Shown here piece by piece: positions 51,404 to 64,000 of a stretch of 64,000 nt of DNA. A program made the translations under genes and the position numbers. Positions within the stretch are counted from its first letter, which is position 1. Each line of letters opens with the position of its first letter. Origin of the DNA: Haliotis rubra (Eukaryota); the NCBI RefSeq assembly GCF_003918875.1, contig NW_025767614.1, forward strand, positions 248,001 through 312,000, read 5' to 3'. Under the pieces are notes generated by a model, which saw nothing but the letters and a program-made list of their open reading frames with translations, did no database searches and was not told the DNA's origin.

Positions 51404-54400
51404 ATGCTGGACGTGGAGTTGCTGCAGAGACTGCCCTACTCGGACCATCTTCTTCACCTGGTCAAGCGGTGTGAGGAATGGCTACCAAGAAGCCTCGCGG
51501 GCCGGGCCGTTCTGGTCGGAACTGTCGCCGGGGTGGCGGTCTATCTGGTAACCAAGAAGAGGTACAAGCTACCCCCAGGGCCGCGTGGCTGGCCTTTACT
51601 GGGGAACCTGTTAGGTGAGCTAAAATTCTTGGACTATTTGTGTTGATTTTTGTCTTTCTCACTGCATCGATTTCGTACTTTATAACTTTCACTGTATATT
51701 GTCATGTACTGTCGAACACCGTTGTGTCGAACATTCGTTTGTTTCGAACTGGTCCATAACTCGAAGTATTTGCGTAGGTCCCACCAACTTCGACACAACA
51801 GGGTTTGGCTGAAACAAAATGTCATTTTTATTGAAAGAGCAAGGTGCTGACTAAATGATCCGTGCTTACACATGTTTTATATCATAGATTTCCAGAACAC
51901 GACCATGTATGAGAAGCTAAACGACTGGAAGACTAAGTATGGGCCAATAATTATGTTCCACATGGGTAAGTCGAACTCACTAAACATTGATTTGTGAATA
52001 ACAAGCACAGGATACGTGTGAAAATGTTTCTTTAATTTGTTCCGTACCATTTCGAAAAGCCTACCTAAATAAACTTGACATACATGTATGTGTTGACATC
52101 TTATAAATGGCTTGATGCTTAATTATGTTAAAATGTTTCATAGTATACTATGGTACCTTTAATTTGGTACAATAAGGCTCGTCATAATACATATTAATAA
52201 ATCGTTTGGCATGTTTTGCACAACGATATCATGTTTCATACGAGTATGATATCATGTTTTATATTATCATATTATCGGAATATCACAAATTGATATCGAC
52301 CCATCGATCTGGGTTAGAATTGGTTTTCATGTCGTAAGAGGCGACTAATGAGATCAGGCGGTCAGGCTCGCTGACTGGGTTGACACATGTCATAGGCTCC
52401 CAGTTCGGTAGATCGGTGCTCATGCTGTTGATCCGTGGATTGTCTGGTCCAGACTCGTTTATGTACAGACCGCCGCTAAATAGTGGAACACAGTAGCCGA
52501 GTGATTAAAGTGTTGGCTCATCACGCCGAAGACCCGGGTTCGATTCCCTACATGGGTACAATGTGTGAAGCCCATTTCTGGTGTTCCCCGCCGTGATATT
52601 GCTGGAATATTGCTCAAAGCGGCGTAAAACCATACTCACTCAGTCACTCACTCACTTGATCATGTTGATATTTGGATAAAATATACTGCTTGTTACCCCT
52701 GCCATGGCGAAGACTTGCTCCAGGGGTGATATACTGCTAGATACTACTTAAGATACTGATAAGCTGATATATTGCACCTGTGTTTGTAGGTCCTGAACGA
52801 ATGGTGTCCTTGAACAGTATAGAGGTCGTAATGGAGGCGCTAGTAAAACGACAGGCCGACTTCGCTGGGAGACCACAGTCCTACTCGTGTCAGTAATATT
52901 TTCAGCTTGAAGATTCTAAAATTATTTTTAAAGATTGTTAACATAACGCAACTACACTTAGGACCGTAGTGATTGGCGCCATCTGTTGGCGAAGTGTTAA
53001 AGGGAGATAACTGAGGAATGTTCCCCATTAAATGCCGGTCTCTTTTTAGAATTGATCTGAATATTGCTGAGTGCGGCGTTAACAATAACATCAATATCCG
53101 CAACTTCGATTTTGCGCATGCGCACATGGAAGAGGAAGTCTCGACCACATGTTGACATTTTCCAGCTTGGACAAAAGTTACATTCCTTTTTAAGTATTTC
53201 TGTTGTGTTATTTGGCATTTATCATATATCACTTGTGTGCACACTTGTTTAGTTTACGATTCATTCGTATGAAACGATTGACAGCAATTATTTCGACATA
53301 TTTAATACTTTTTCTACGCGAGGCGATTCACGGCTGCTCAGAATTTGGAAAGACGCCCGGATCGTAATGCGCATGCGCAGTAGAGGTCAAAGTTCACTGA
53401 TATAAAAATGTTGCACTTTCATGGTTTTTCGTTGCCGTTATTACTGTTTCAGTAGCGAGGTAATGTGTTTATGTTACTATTTCCACGATTAATGTGGGCC
53501 TTCTGCGTTTTTCAGCACAGTGGGAAAGTTTTCTTTGGTAGGCCTGAATAAGCAAGCCAGCAATACACGTTCGTTCACCTGGTCAGGTGACCAAAAATGT
53601 AATTGCATTGGTACATTTCTATAACGATGCAATTGATAAGTTCATCAACATTATGGTCAAGTCGTTAGTTATTGTCCCTTTGCGCACCAGGATCCAATGA
53701 TAGTGGATTCGAACCCATAACTCTTTCTGATTATAATCCTTGGTTTGTCACCATGCCCGTCATAAAACGAAAGTGATTCACGCTTGAGGCACACGACAAT
53801 GACGCGATATATGGACACTGTACAACTTCACCACGAACTATAATTTGGAATCGTGTTTTGTGTTCAGCCTTGCTAATAAGCGATGGGGGAAGGAACATTA
53901 TGTTAGGACAATACAGTCCCACGTGGAAACTACACAGAAAATTGGCCACGAAAGCCTTAAGGTAAGTAAACCATTTCAAATGACTAGGGGTGGGTATTGC
54001 AAAGAATTTTCATATTGCGATATATTGCGATGCGAAAGCATGTATTGCGATATGAATTGCAATATATTGTATGATGTATGTTTAAACAAAAAACTACTTA
54101 AAATCGAGTTAATGCTTGATTTATATAGCAAAAACACAGCAAAATCACTATGCTTGATTAAGCTTTAATAACAACTTTTAATCACGATAAAAGAGAAATG
54201 TGAATAATATTTGGCACAAATGAAACAAGGAAATATCCGAAGATTTCCGAGTGTTACGAAGTTTTCCGAATGCAAGTCAAAATACCGATTTTCGATCAGC
54301 GTATCGCAATATGTATCGTTTTCATGTCTAAGCCGGTTATATTGCTTAGCCCTACAAATGACGTATTACTTCTTTGTCCTCTTCTGTCTGCATTCTTGCA

Positions 54401-57400
54401 TTGAAACTATGTGTAAGATAGATAATATCAAAGGTAACATACAGCATATGTTTTCTCTACGCTTCAGAGGTTTATGCCAAATCTGAAATGATGAGCTGCT
54501 TATATCTGTTCATGTTAGTGTGGACCGCCTCCGTGGTGTAGTGGTTAGAGCGTACGCCCGGAGAGCGGAAGGTCGCGGGTTCGATTCCCGACCGCGTCAT
54601 ACCAAAAGACGTTAAAATATGGTACTTGTTGGTCCCTGCCAGGCGCTCGGCATTAATGGGTACAGCAAGAACTGGTCGGCTCGGAGTCAGTATAATGTGT
54701 CTGAGTGGGGTATTCATGCTTCACTGTGGCATGGTATCTCAGTGGGCTAGCACTATAAAACCAGCTCAAGTCTGGGCTAGTGCAAGCAGCCACACATACA
54801 CATACACACGTATGGACGTCATATGAGCGAAATATTCATAATTACGACGTAAAACCCAATTTCACCTCACCTCACCTCATGTTATTGTCTTTGTTTTCCT
54901 ATCAATATTTGCGGTGAAAGAGAATTGAAAAGTTAAAGGTCTAAGAAAATATATGGATCTGTTAAGAATTTACAAATCACAGCCAAAAAACGAACAGGCA
55001 CAATAAAGCGCGCCTTTCTTGACGTTTCAGTTGGCATTTTGTCTTGAAGAAAATCATACATGTATTCAACTGATATTTTAGACAGTATTATGTTGATTGG
55101 TTACTCGACGAAACGGTAATTTTGACAGTGTTATTGTACCTTGCCTGTTGTATACGAACATTTAACGCTGAAGTACTAAACTGTTTCAGATATTACATGA
55201 CGGGAAGCAGACTTGAGGCTGGTCTGGAGCGATCCCTCAGTAAAGGAATCGACCTGATGAAACAACAAGGGGAGCCTTCAACCCCCACAACATTATATCC
55301 CTCGTTGCCTTCAACATCATCAACAATATGTGTTTTAATGAAACGTAAGTACATTATTATGATGCAAGGAAATCTTTAAATTGTATATGTATGTTATATT
55401 TGGGGTTACACTTTCTCAGTCAAGTGTCGATTCTAGCCGAGTGGCTTAGACGGGTGACTTTGTGTGCTGGCGTTCAGATGCCTCACTCTGACAGTGTGGG
55501 TTCGAATCCCGGATGGGACTCAACCTAACCAAAGTGCTAGAATCGGTACTTTACTGAGTGAGGGAGTGAGTGAGTTTAGTTTTACGCCGCACTCACCAAT
55601 GTTCCAGCTAAATAATCCAGTCTGGACCAGACAATCCAGTGATAAACGGCATGAGCATTGGTCAACCCAAATGAGAAACGATGACACGTGTCAACCAAGT
55701 CAGCGAGCCTGACCACCCGATCCCGTTAGTCACCTCTTTAGACAAGTATGGGTTGCTGAAGATCAATTCTAACCTGGATCTTCACGGGTCACTTTACTGA
55801 GAAAATATAATCCCAAATATAACATCTTTTGCTACAGTTTCTGTAGTAACAAAACTAACGACCAAACTAAATGCGACACCTAAAGACACCATCTTGCCCT
55901 TCCAGATGTGACATTGGCGACACGTATTTTAACGACATGATATCTGGACTTGACGCCTTCTTGCACGAGTTCGGCAGCGGTGTCCTTGAGGACGTCATCC
56001 CACCCCTCCGCCTCTTCCCCACCCAGCAGCTGAAGCGGCTGGTGAAGCTCGCTGATCAGTTCTTCGGTTACCTTCGGCGGGACATCGAGAAACATCGGCG
56101 GACCTTCTCAAAAGGTATCGGGAAGAACTCTTATTGTGTGGAGTAGGGTAATACACCATTCTCCATTTTAATTGATCGTAGTTTGTGAGTTGGGTGGTCG
56201 GATGTCTATTTGAACGGATAATGAGTAATGCATAGGAATTTGAGCCGAGTTACTTTTGACATTAAGTATGTCAACTCGAGTCGAAAATTTTAACCTCCGA
56301 TTCAGAGACTTTTAACTACGAGAGTTCATTTATTTAGAGCCACCCCTGTTTTTTCATTGATAAAAGCTGTTTATAAATGGGTTCTTAAACGAACTAAAAG
56401 AAGACGTTCTGTGTACTTTTGGGGATAGAACCTCACACAAGTACTTAAAGATAAATCAATTATGAAAGTGTTAAGCATTCTGTGTCCAAAGTTTCAAGGA
56501 TTTTATTGTCCAGAATGGTAACAGAATGTTGTGGAGGCTGCCATCTTGTTTAGCCCCCAAACTTGAAACGATGAAATTGGGAATGGTATGCGTAAAGTCA
56601 AAACTGTAGCGGAACAAAGTTCATTTGTAGAACTACTATCCAAATAAGCCCCTGAGACTTTATACTATCCAAATAAGCCCCTGAGACTTTATACTATCCA
56701 AATAAGCCCCTGAGACTTTATACTATCCAAATAAGCACCTGAGACTTTATACTATCCAAATAAGCACCTGAGACTTTATACTATCCAAATAAGCCTCTGA
56801 GACTTTATACTATCCAAATAAGCCTCTGAGACTTTATACTATCCAAATAAGCCCCTGAGACTTTATGCTATCCAAATAAGCCCCTGAGACTTTATACTAT
56901 CCAAATAAGCCCCTGAAACTTTATGGCATATTTCTCTGTCCTCAGTGAAGAGGTCAGAAATATTCCAGCTATATGGCGGCGGTCTGTAAATAATCGAATC
57001 TGGACCAGACAATCCAGTGATCAGCAGCATGAGCATCAATCTACGAAATTGGGAAACGATGACATGTGTCAAACCATGTCAGCGAGCCTGACCACGAGAT
57101 CCCGTTAGTCGCCTCTTAAAACAAGCATTGGTTCTTGAAAATCAATTTTAACCCGGACCTCTAATGGTCTTCTAGTGAAAAACACCAACCAAGCTGACAG
57201 TTGAGCGCAGGAAGAAGTAATTTTCACAAAATTATCTTTTCTACCTGGTACCCACGCGCACCTTAGCGAGTAAGTGAGTGAGGTTAGCTTTAAGCAACAT
57301 TCCAGAATATCACGGTGGGGGACACCCAAAAAATGGGTTTCACAAATTGTACCAAACGCTTTAACCTCTAGCCTACCCAACCGCCCCACTCTACTTAGCG

Positions 57401-60400
57401 AACAGAGGCACATGCATTCACCTGTTGTGTGTACGTGACACGATCACATATCACGCATGTTTACCCAATGCTCATTTGTTTCTGAAATCTGATTGTTTCT
57501 CTGGGACATAGGGAAAGATTCCATGTTGAAATGATCGTTTGCTTTCTCAACAGATAACATTCGTGATTTCTGCGACGCAATGCTATTAGCCCAGGAAGAA
57601 GCGCGCGAAGAAGAAGATCCGGAAGTGATGTCACAGATAACAGATTCTCACGTGACGATGACAATGGGCGACATTATGGAAGGTAAAGGCCTCTGCATAA
57701 TGCCATTGGCAATTTATTTTAATGTTGACATAATATCACCCAGTAACGCTGCTTTATTACAGGATACAGGTCATGGTTTGTTTCCTTCTGGACAGAGGTG
57801 TGTTTAATTCGACAATGTGTTTAATCCGATTATGACCCTCGGTCGTGTCAGTCCATGCTAGTTGGGTTCTATAAACAATTATCATCTAAGAGTCAAGGTA
57901 CCCTTGTTCTATGAAGCTGACGTCCCTTGGAGTAAATGGCATACGTTTGTATATGTTTTACTTACTAATCATATTGACACCATAAATATGAAATTTGTAT
58001 CGGGAGTAAAAGTGTTTGCCCCCTGAATACAAGAAAACTCGTGTGGATATTGTTTCATACTGACATTAAATATTTCCACAGCTGGGGTGGATACGTCCCG
58101 CTACACCCTGTTGTGGACGCTATTGTACCTGGCCATGCACCCGGAGATCCAGGACAAGGTGCACGAGGAGGTGGATCAAGCCCTAGGTAAGTTGATGGGT
58201 ACCCGGTAGAAAGAGATGGTTTTGTGATCATACCAAACAAAAGCACTGATTCCATTATAGTACTAATCTTAACTTTGGGGGTTTATATGATAATCGATTA
58301 TTTACAGACCACCGCCATATAGCTGGAATATTGCTGAGTGCGGCGTAAAACTAAACGCATTCACTCACTTATATGATAACTGTCAATGAGTATTCTATAT
58401 ACGGCGATACACGTTGATAAATAACGGTGACGGACACTTGAAACCCGGGCTGTGGGGTAGCCTTATGGTTAAAGCGTTCCCTCGTCACCCGGGTTCGATT
58501 CCCCACATGGGTACAAATGTGGGAAACCCCTTTCTTGTGTCCCCCGACGCGATATTGCTGGAATATTGCTAAAAGCCGCGTAAAACCCAACTCACTCACA
58601 ATACAATACTGTCCATATTTATGATGTCACGGGGTCCGCCCTGTGGAGATTCCTCATTCACTCACTCGCTCACTTGAGACCCACGCTGCTAAACATTACA
58701 CTGTGTCTCAAGTCGTCAACAACTCGGGTTGTGTCATTAGGTTTGAGGAGCTTACAATATCTACAAAGAGAAGAGTCAAAACAATTTCCATGATCATGAA
58801 AAACCTCGGTTAAAGGCAGCTGAATGTTCGACTCCGACTTGATCATGTACATCTGTCTGAGAATCACCATCACATGGCGATGATACCCACCGAGGCCATA
58901 TCGTGCTTCACCTCTAGGAACTACAGTTGAGATTTTCATAATTTTGTGCCAAGCTGCCCCAGTGGTATTCGTGTTCATGCTTTTAGGGAGCGGTTAGGTA
59001 GTCTAGTGGTTAAAGCGTTCACTCATCACGCCGAAGACCCGGGTTCGATTCCACACATGGGTACAATGTGTGGAGCCCATTTCTGGTGTCCCCTACCGTG
59101 ATTTTGCTCAAAGTGGCATAAAACTAAACTCACTCACTCGTGCTTTTAGTCAGCGGTTCGTTTGATCCAGAATCGGTTGACAGGCCGTCGAGAAGTAGTA
59201 GTGATATCACTGAATGTGGCGTAAATGCAATCAGTGATATATATTTCCTAAAACTAAAAACAAAGTTTATTAACTAAAGATAGAATTTTTCGATCACATC
59301 AAATTTGTAAACAATTAATGATATTTACCTGCACTCGTGTTACAGGTGAGCGTCGATTTCCCCGTGTGTCCGACAGGAGTGAGCTCCCCTACACCGACGC
59401 TGTACTGCACGAGAGCATGAGAATTTCTACAGTACCGCCTCTTGGCCAACCGCACACCACACTCTGTGATACCAAAGTCGGTAAGATGTCTCACAGTGAA
59501 TATATAAAACGTTCGCGTCTTTGCATCCATCTTAAAACATGTTAACCCCCTCTAGGGATTCTGGGTTAGAACTGGTCCCCAGTAACCAATTTCCTAAAAG
59601 GTGGTCGAAATAATGGGGTGGGGAGGCTAGGTGACATGGCTGATTGCCTGTCGTGGCACCTTAATGGAGGGGATTGTTGTCGACAATGTATTGTCTGGTC
59701 CAGACTCGATTACTTACAAACCGCCATCACACAGCTGGAATGTTTAATTTGACACAACCAGTTTACTTAATCATAAGGCATATGCCATACTCAAACCCGT
59801 GAAGATCTTCATCAGCCCATGCTTCCAAAGAGGCGATTGCGGGATCTGGTGGTCAGGCTCGCTGGCGCAAGTCATTGTATTCCAACTGAGTAGATCGATG
59901 CTTGTGATGTCAATCAGTGGATTTTCTGGTTCATAGTTGACTCATTTCAGATCACCATCATATAGTTGTAATACAGCTAAAAGCGGATTTCAACATCAAT
60001 AATATCATCAATATGTTGAGCGGAACTGAACGATGTCTCGAATGACCAGTAGGTGAGGTGAGGTGAAATTGGGTTTTACGTCGTGCTTGAGAATATTTCG
60101 CTCATATGACGACGTGCATGCGTGTGTATGTGCGGCTGCTTTTACTAGCCCAGAATGAAGCTGGTTTTACAGTGCTAGCCCACTGAGATACCATGCCGCA
60201 GTGAAGCATGAATACCCCACTCAGACACATTACAGTGACTCCGAGCCGACCAGTCCTTGTTGTACCCATTAATGCCGAGCGCCCGGCAGGGATCAACGTA
60301 CCATATTTTAACGTCTTTTGGTATGACGCGGTCGGGGATCGAACCCGGGACCTCCCGCTCTCCGGGCGGACGCTCTAACCACTACACCACGGAGGCGGTC

Positions 60401-61236
60401 TCGAATGACCAGTAGGAGCGGTGGGGTAGCCTAGTGGTTAAAGCGTTCGCTCGTCACGCCGAAGCCTCGGATTCGATTCCCCTCATGGGTACAATGTGTG
60501 AAGCCCATTTCTGGTGTCCCCCTGCCGGGATATTGCTGGAATATTGCTTAATAACGGCGTAAAACTAAACTCACTCGAATGAACATTACCGCTGTACCGT
60601 TACGTTGTCCTTTCTTAATCAAACTATCGTTAACCACCCCAATATATCGGTGTATAACCATTGAGAGTATAAGCAACTGTTCTTCCACGTAAGGGGCGGT
60701 AGGGTAGCCTAGTGCTTAAAGCGTTGGCTTGTCACACCGAAGACCCAGGTTCGAATGCCCACATGGGTACAATGTGTGAAGCCCATTTCTGTTGTACCCC
60801 GCTGTGATGTTGCTGGAATATTGCTAAAAGCGGCGTAAAACCAAACTCAGTCAGTCAGTCTTCCATGTAATGGTATTTTGTCTGTTTAGGGGACTACGAT
60901 ATTCCTGAAGGTACCATAGTCATCATAAACCATTACGCTCTGCATCATGACCCGGAACAATGGCGTGACCCGGAAGTATTCAGACCGGAAAGGTTTCTGG
61001 ACCAGACAGGCAAGATGGCGCCTAAACCAGAGAGTTGGCTTCCGTTCTCCGCCGGAAGAAGAGTGTGTCTTGGCGAGAGCGTTGCCAAACCTGAGCTTCA
61101 CCTCTTGTTGGCTGGAATTATGAGACACTTCAAAATTTCCCTCCCGCCTGGAACCGAAGTGAACTTTGAACCGTATGGGGGATCCTTTGCAAATGTACCA
61201 CGGGACTTCAATATTGTAGCAGAGTCAAGGTTATAG
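51404..61236 (+). CDS. Cytochrome P450, clan 2 (CYP17A1-like). Exons 51404-51614, 51888-51965, 52790-52888, 53868-53961, 55190-55344, 55906-56114, 57554-57682, 58082-58186, 59346-59480, 60890-61236; 1-nt frameshift in exon 5 as assembled
   Basis: TM anchor + LPPGPRGWPLLGNL, FAGRP, WKLHRK (WxxxR), I-helix AGVDTS, ExxR (ESMR), FRPERF and heme motif FSAGRRVCLG. All introns GT-AG. Total 1562 nt, or 520 aa if one base is restored. Confidence 0.92.
53985..54354. mobile_element. hAT-type MITE in CYP intron 4
   Basis: TAGGG...CCCTA ends, with 8-bp TSD CAAATGAC at 53977-53984 and 54355-54362. Confidence 0.8.
54522..54877 (+). mobile_element. V-domain SINE family C, full length
   Basis: tRNA head, V-like domain, (TCACC)n tail, TSD CATGTTA(G/T)TGT. 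Confidence 0.87.
56634..56923. repeat. 29-bp minisatellite TACTATCCAAATAAGCCCCTGAGACTTTA, about 10 copies
   Basis: Tandem repetition in CYP intron 6. Confidence 0.95.
60051..60400 (-). mobile_element. V-domain SINE family C, full length
   Basis: Family C sequence with TSD TCGAATGACCAGT at 60038-60050 and 60401-60413. Confidence 0.87.
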
Positions 61237-61328
61237 CTGTGTTTCATTGTGCACATGGGCTATTAACTGATTAATACTATGTTTGAATGTTTGCATTTGT
61301 CAAATGCACGTGTTTTGTAATATGTGTC

Positions 61329-61334
61329 AATAAA
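61329..61334 (+). terminator. Putative polyadenylation signal of the CYP gene
   Basis: AATAAA 93 nt after the stop, followed by GT-rich sequence. Confidence 0.55.
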
Positions 61335-61524
61335 CTATACGAATGTTCTGTGATTACGTGACTGAGCTGAAATCACTGTGGGTGAGTTGTTCTAAGAGAA
61401 GTTGTGTTAAAAGTCGGGTGAACGCAATTTGTAAATTCAGCTGATTGAGTACGATTATGTCCTGGTCGGTTCGGCCGTGATTCCTTTTACGCAAATATTT
61501 GTGTATATTCACCGTAGATAGAAT

Positions 61525-61632
61525 TATACTCATGCCAATAATGGTTGTCACCCCCTCCCACCCCAACCCCCACACCTCACCTCTCCAATTTAAACAATTG
61601 AGGGGGTGACAACCATTATTGGCATGAGTATA
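61525..61632. mobile_element. Small Tc1-type MITE
   Basis: About 33-bp inverted ends TATACTCATGCCAATAATGGTTGTCACCCC / GGGGTGACAACCATTATTGGCATGAGTATA. Confidence 0.7.
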
Positions 61633-62813
61633 GTTCATATGTGACATGGCGGACCCTCCTTACAGAATCGCATGATAAGGAAACTGGTAATTGATATTGA
61701 AGAGACACGTGTTGGACATGAACAATGTTGCTTAATATGGCAATGCCTCCTCGCTTTGGGGGGCGGTGGGGTAGCCTAGTGGCTAAAGCGTTGGCTCGTC
61801 ACGCCGAAGACCCGGGTTCGAATCCCAACATGGGTACATTGTGTGGAGCCCATTTCTGGTGTCCCCCGCCGTGACGTTGCTGGAATATTGCTAAAAGGGG
61901 CATAAAACCAAACTCAGTCAGTCCTCGCTTTGGTGGTCTAGTCAGGAGAACAGAGTGCCAATGACTTGATTCCCTGTTTACGTCGACGTCATACGAAATG
62001 ACGTTTAATATATTCTATTTATTGTTGCCGTGCCTGTCACCCGACACATGATAGACAGAGGATGAGTGGCTGTTCTTTATCGTGATATTAATTAATGAAC
62101 TGTCGCGGGAATAAAAAGGTGGCGAAACCGAGGTTTTCGTGCTCGCCACAGCTCGTTAATATCCCGATATGCCTGGTATGAGTTCACAGACAAACACTCG
62201 AACTCCACGAACTAAACACTGCACAAACGCAAACATTCATATTCGAACCGCATCAATTTCATTAGAACTGTGAGCTTTGAGCAACCTACCCCAGCCTGCC
62301 CGTATCCGTCTATATGATTAACTGATTGCTTTTAAACAACTATATCTGAAAGTTACAACCATGGAAAATCTTGTGTATCATTTGTGTTTTTTGAGGGTTG
62401 TCATTCTGAAATGAACACGTTTCAGCACGAGAGTTTCATGCTTCTGTAAACTGTACACTTAACGGTACTTTATCAGTTTATGAATGTACTCAACCAGACC
62501 ACCCAATGAACGACAGTGATTAAAGGGACTAAACAAAGATTGGTCGGCTTGTAGTCTGAAGTTTTTGGCTTGGCAACCCAGGTTTAACTGCAGAAAGCTA
62601 TAAAACCGCCAAAAAAAAGGGAAACTAACATAGAAAAATAATACATGCTTATTTGTTTTTTTTATTTGTAAGTTATTTCTTTCGTTTGTTGTTGAACGCC
62701 GCAATATTCCAGCCATATGGCCGCGTCTGTAAATAATCGAGTCTGGACCAGACAATCCAGTGATCAACAGCATGAGCCTCGATCTACACATCTGGGATAC
62801 AATGACCGATGTC

Positions 62814-62851
<38 letters not shown>

Positions 62852-64000
62852 GTTGAGACCCAACTCTCATGACCACCTACAAACAAACACACAGAGTTAG
62901 AGACATAAATATTCAGCTTGACGTTGAACCCAACTCTGACCACGGACAAAATCATACGTCACATACAAACAAACGCAACACTCGGACAATCATCGTGTAA
63001 TACAAAAATAAAGTAAAACATTACCGCAAGAGAATAATACAGTGTCGATCATCCGCTGACAACTTGGGCGTGAAAGGCAAAATATTCGTGAATGACAACA
63101 TCGGGTGTCCGCGCTTACCTACACCCGCCATATATGCACTGACCCGTTCATCCTGACACCTTCACAATTCATTTTCACTTACACCGCGGACACCCATATG
63201 GAGCCTCAGTTTTCACAACAAGGTGAAGGTCACAGCAAACAATCACACGTAACGAGCTGGTTGTGCAATTCAGTGCGCCTGTTGTTGTGCACTTGTTATA
63301 CAGTGTTCTGTTCACGTAAGTCTTTCATTGCTTCAAACAGGCTAACAGATGCAATATGATGTACTAGCATGGGTTGTTACTGGCGGACAATTGCTTGTCA
63401 AAACATTATTGTGCTAATCGATCGATCGAGTGTGTTCATTACATACTTTATGTGCTATTTGGGGTATAGATGTCGGGTGAATGTAGACGGTGACACTCAG
63501 TCAGAGAGATTTCAGAATTATTTACATGTACATGTCAACTTTCAACTATCAGTACGCATATATGGTTCAATGTTATACGACAGCGATTACGTGAAGTCCC
63601 TGGATAGGTCTTTTCTGAACACACACAGTCGACACAGAAACGACGTGTGTCTATGTGTGTTTTCATGGCAACAACTGCAAGATCTGGGCTTCTCGGTTGT
63701 CACCGACGTGAAAGAACTTCTGTATACTTTGGCTCACAGGGTCTTATGACCTCTATATAAAATGATCCCTTTACATAGTGTTAAGAGTGAGTGAGTGAGT
63801 TTAGTTTTACGCCGCTTTTAGCAATCCAGCTATATCACGGCGGGGGACACCAGAAATGGGCTTCACATAGCACCCCTTTTAAGGCGTTTTAAGTCCCTTT
63901 GCTTTTGGCGTTATGCTTTGGCTTAGGTATTGCCGCGATTTCTCCACGTAGAACTCGGGTACTTCACATCATTAATTCCATCTTAGTTTTAAACCGGACT

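Noticed and set aside
54522-54595. tRNA genes at SINE heads
   Set aside because: A and B boxes are present, but each runs into a SINE body with a tail and TSDs, and there is no proper acceptor stem or terminator.
62400-64000. ORFs 62459-62863, 63105-63359 and 63369-63749
   Set aside because: They overlap SINE or (GA)n sequence, or show no recognisable motifs or consistent splice structure.

Overview
AT-rich, intron-rich animal genomic DNA, not prokaryotic. The SINE repertoire and gene content suggest a mollusc, possibly a gastropod such as abalone (inference). Spliced gene models, with exon phases checked by hand: (1) the 5' five exons of a CRELD gene (minus strand, running off the left edge) with a perfect ERSE upstream; (2) a two-exon STMND1/stathmin-domain-like gene; (3) three paralogous secreted signal peptide-PAN/Apple-C-type lectin genes (A plus; B and C minus), plus a relic exon, all with a non-canonical lectin domain; (4) a ten-exon clan-2 (CYP17-like) cytochrome P450 with an apparent 1-nt frameshift in exon 5. 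The rest is repeats: three SINE-like families, RTE, R4/Dong-like and Penelope retroelement fragments (one with hammerhead cores), Tc1 and THAP relics, hAT, Mutator and Tc1 MITEs, five minisatellites (including a 4.8 kb 23-bp array that explains the giant ORFs) and a 174-N gap. Best candidates for something new: a SINE-like family with no tRNA head whose fixed 5' end is a pseudoknotted RNA (possible ribozyme), and the Apple-lectin family with rewired cysteines and a glycosylation sequon at the canonical sugar-binding site.
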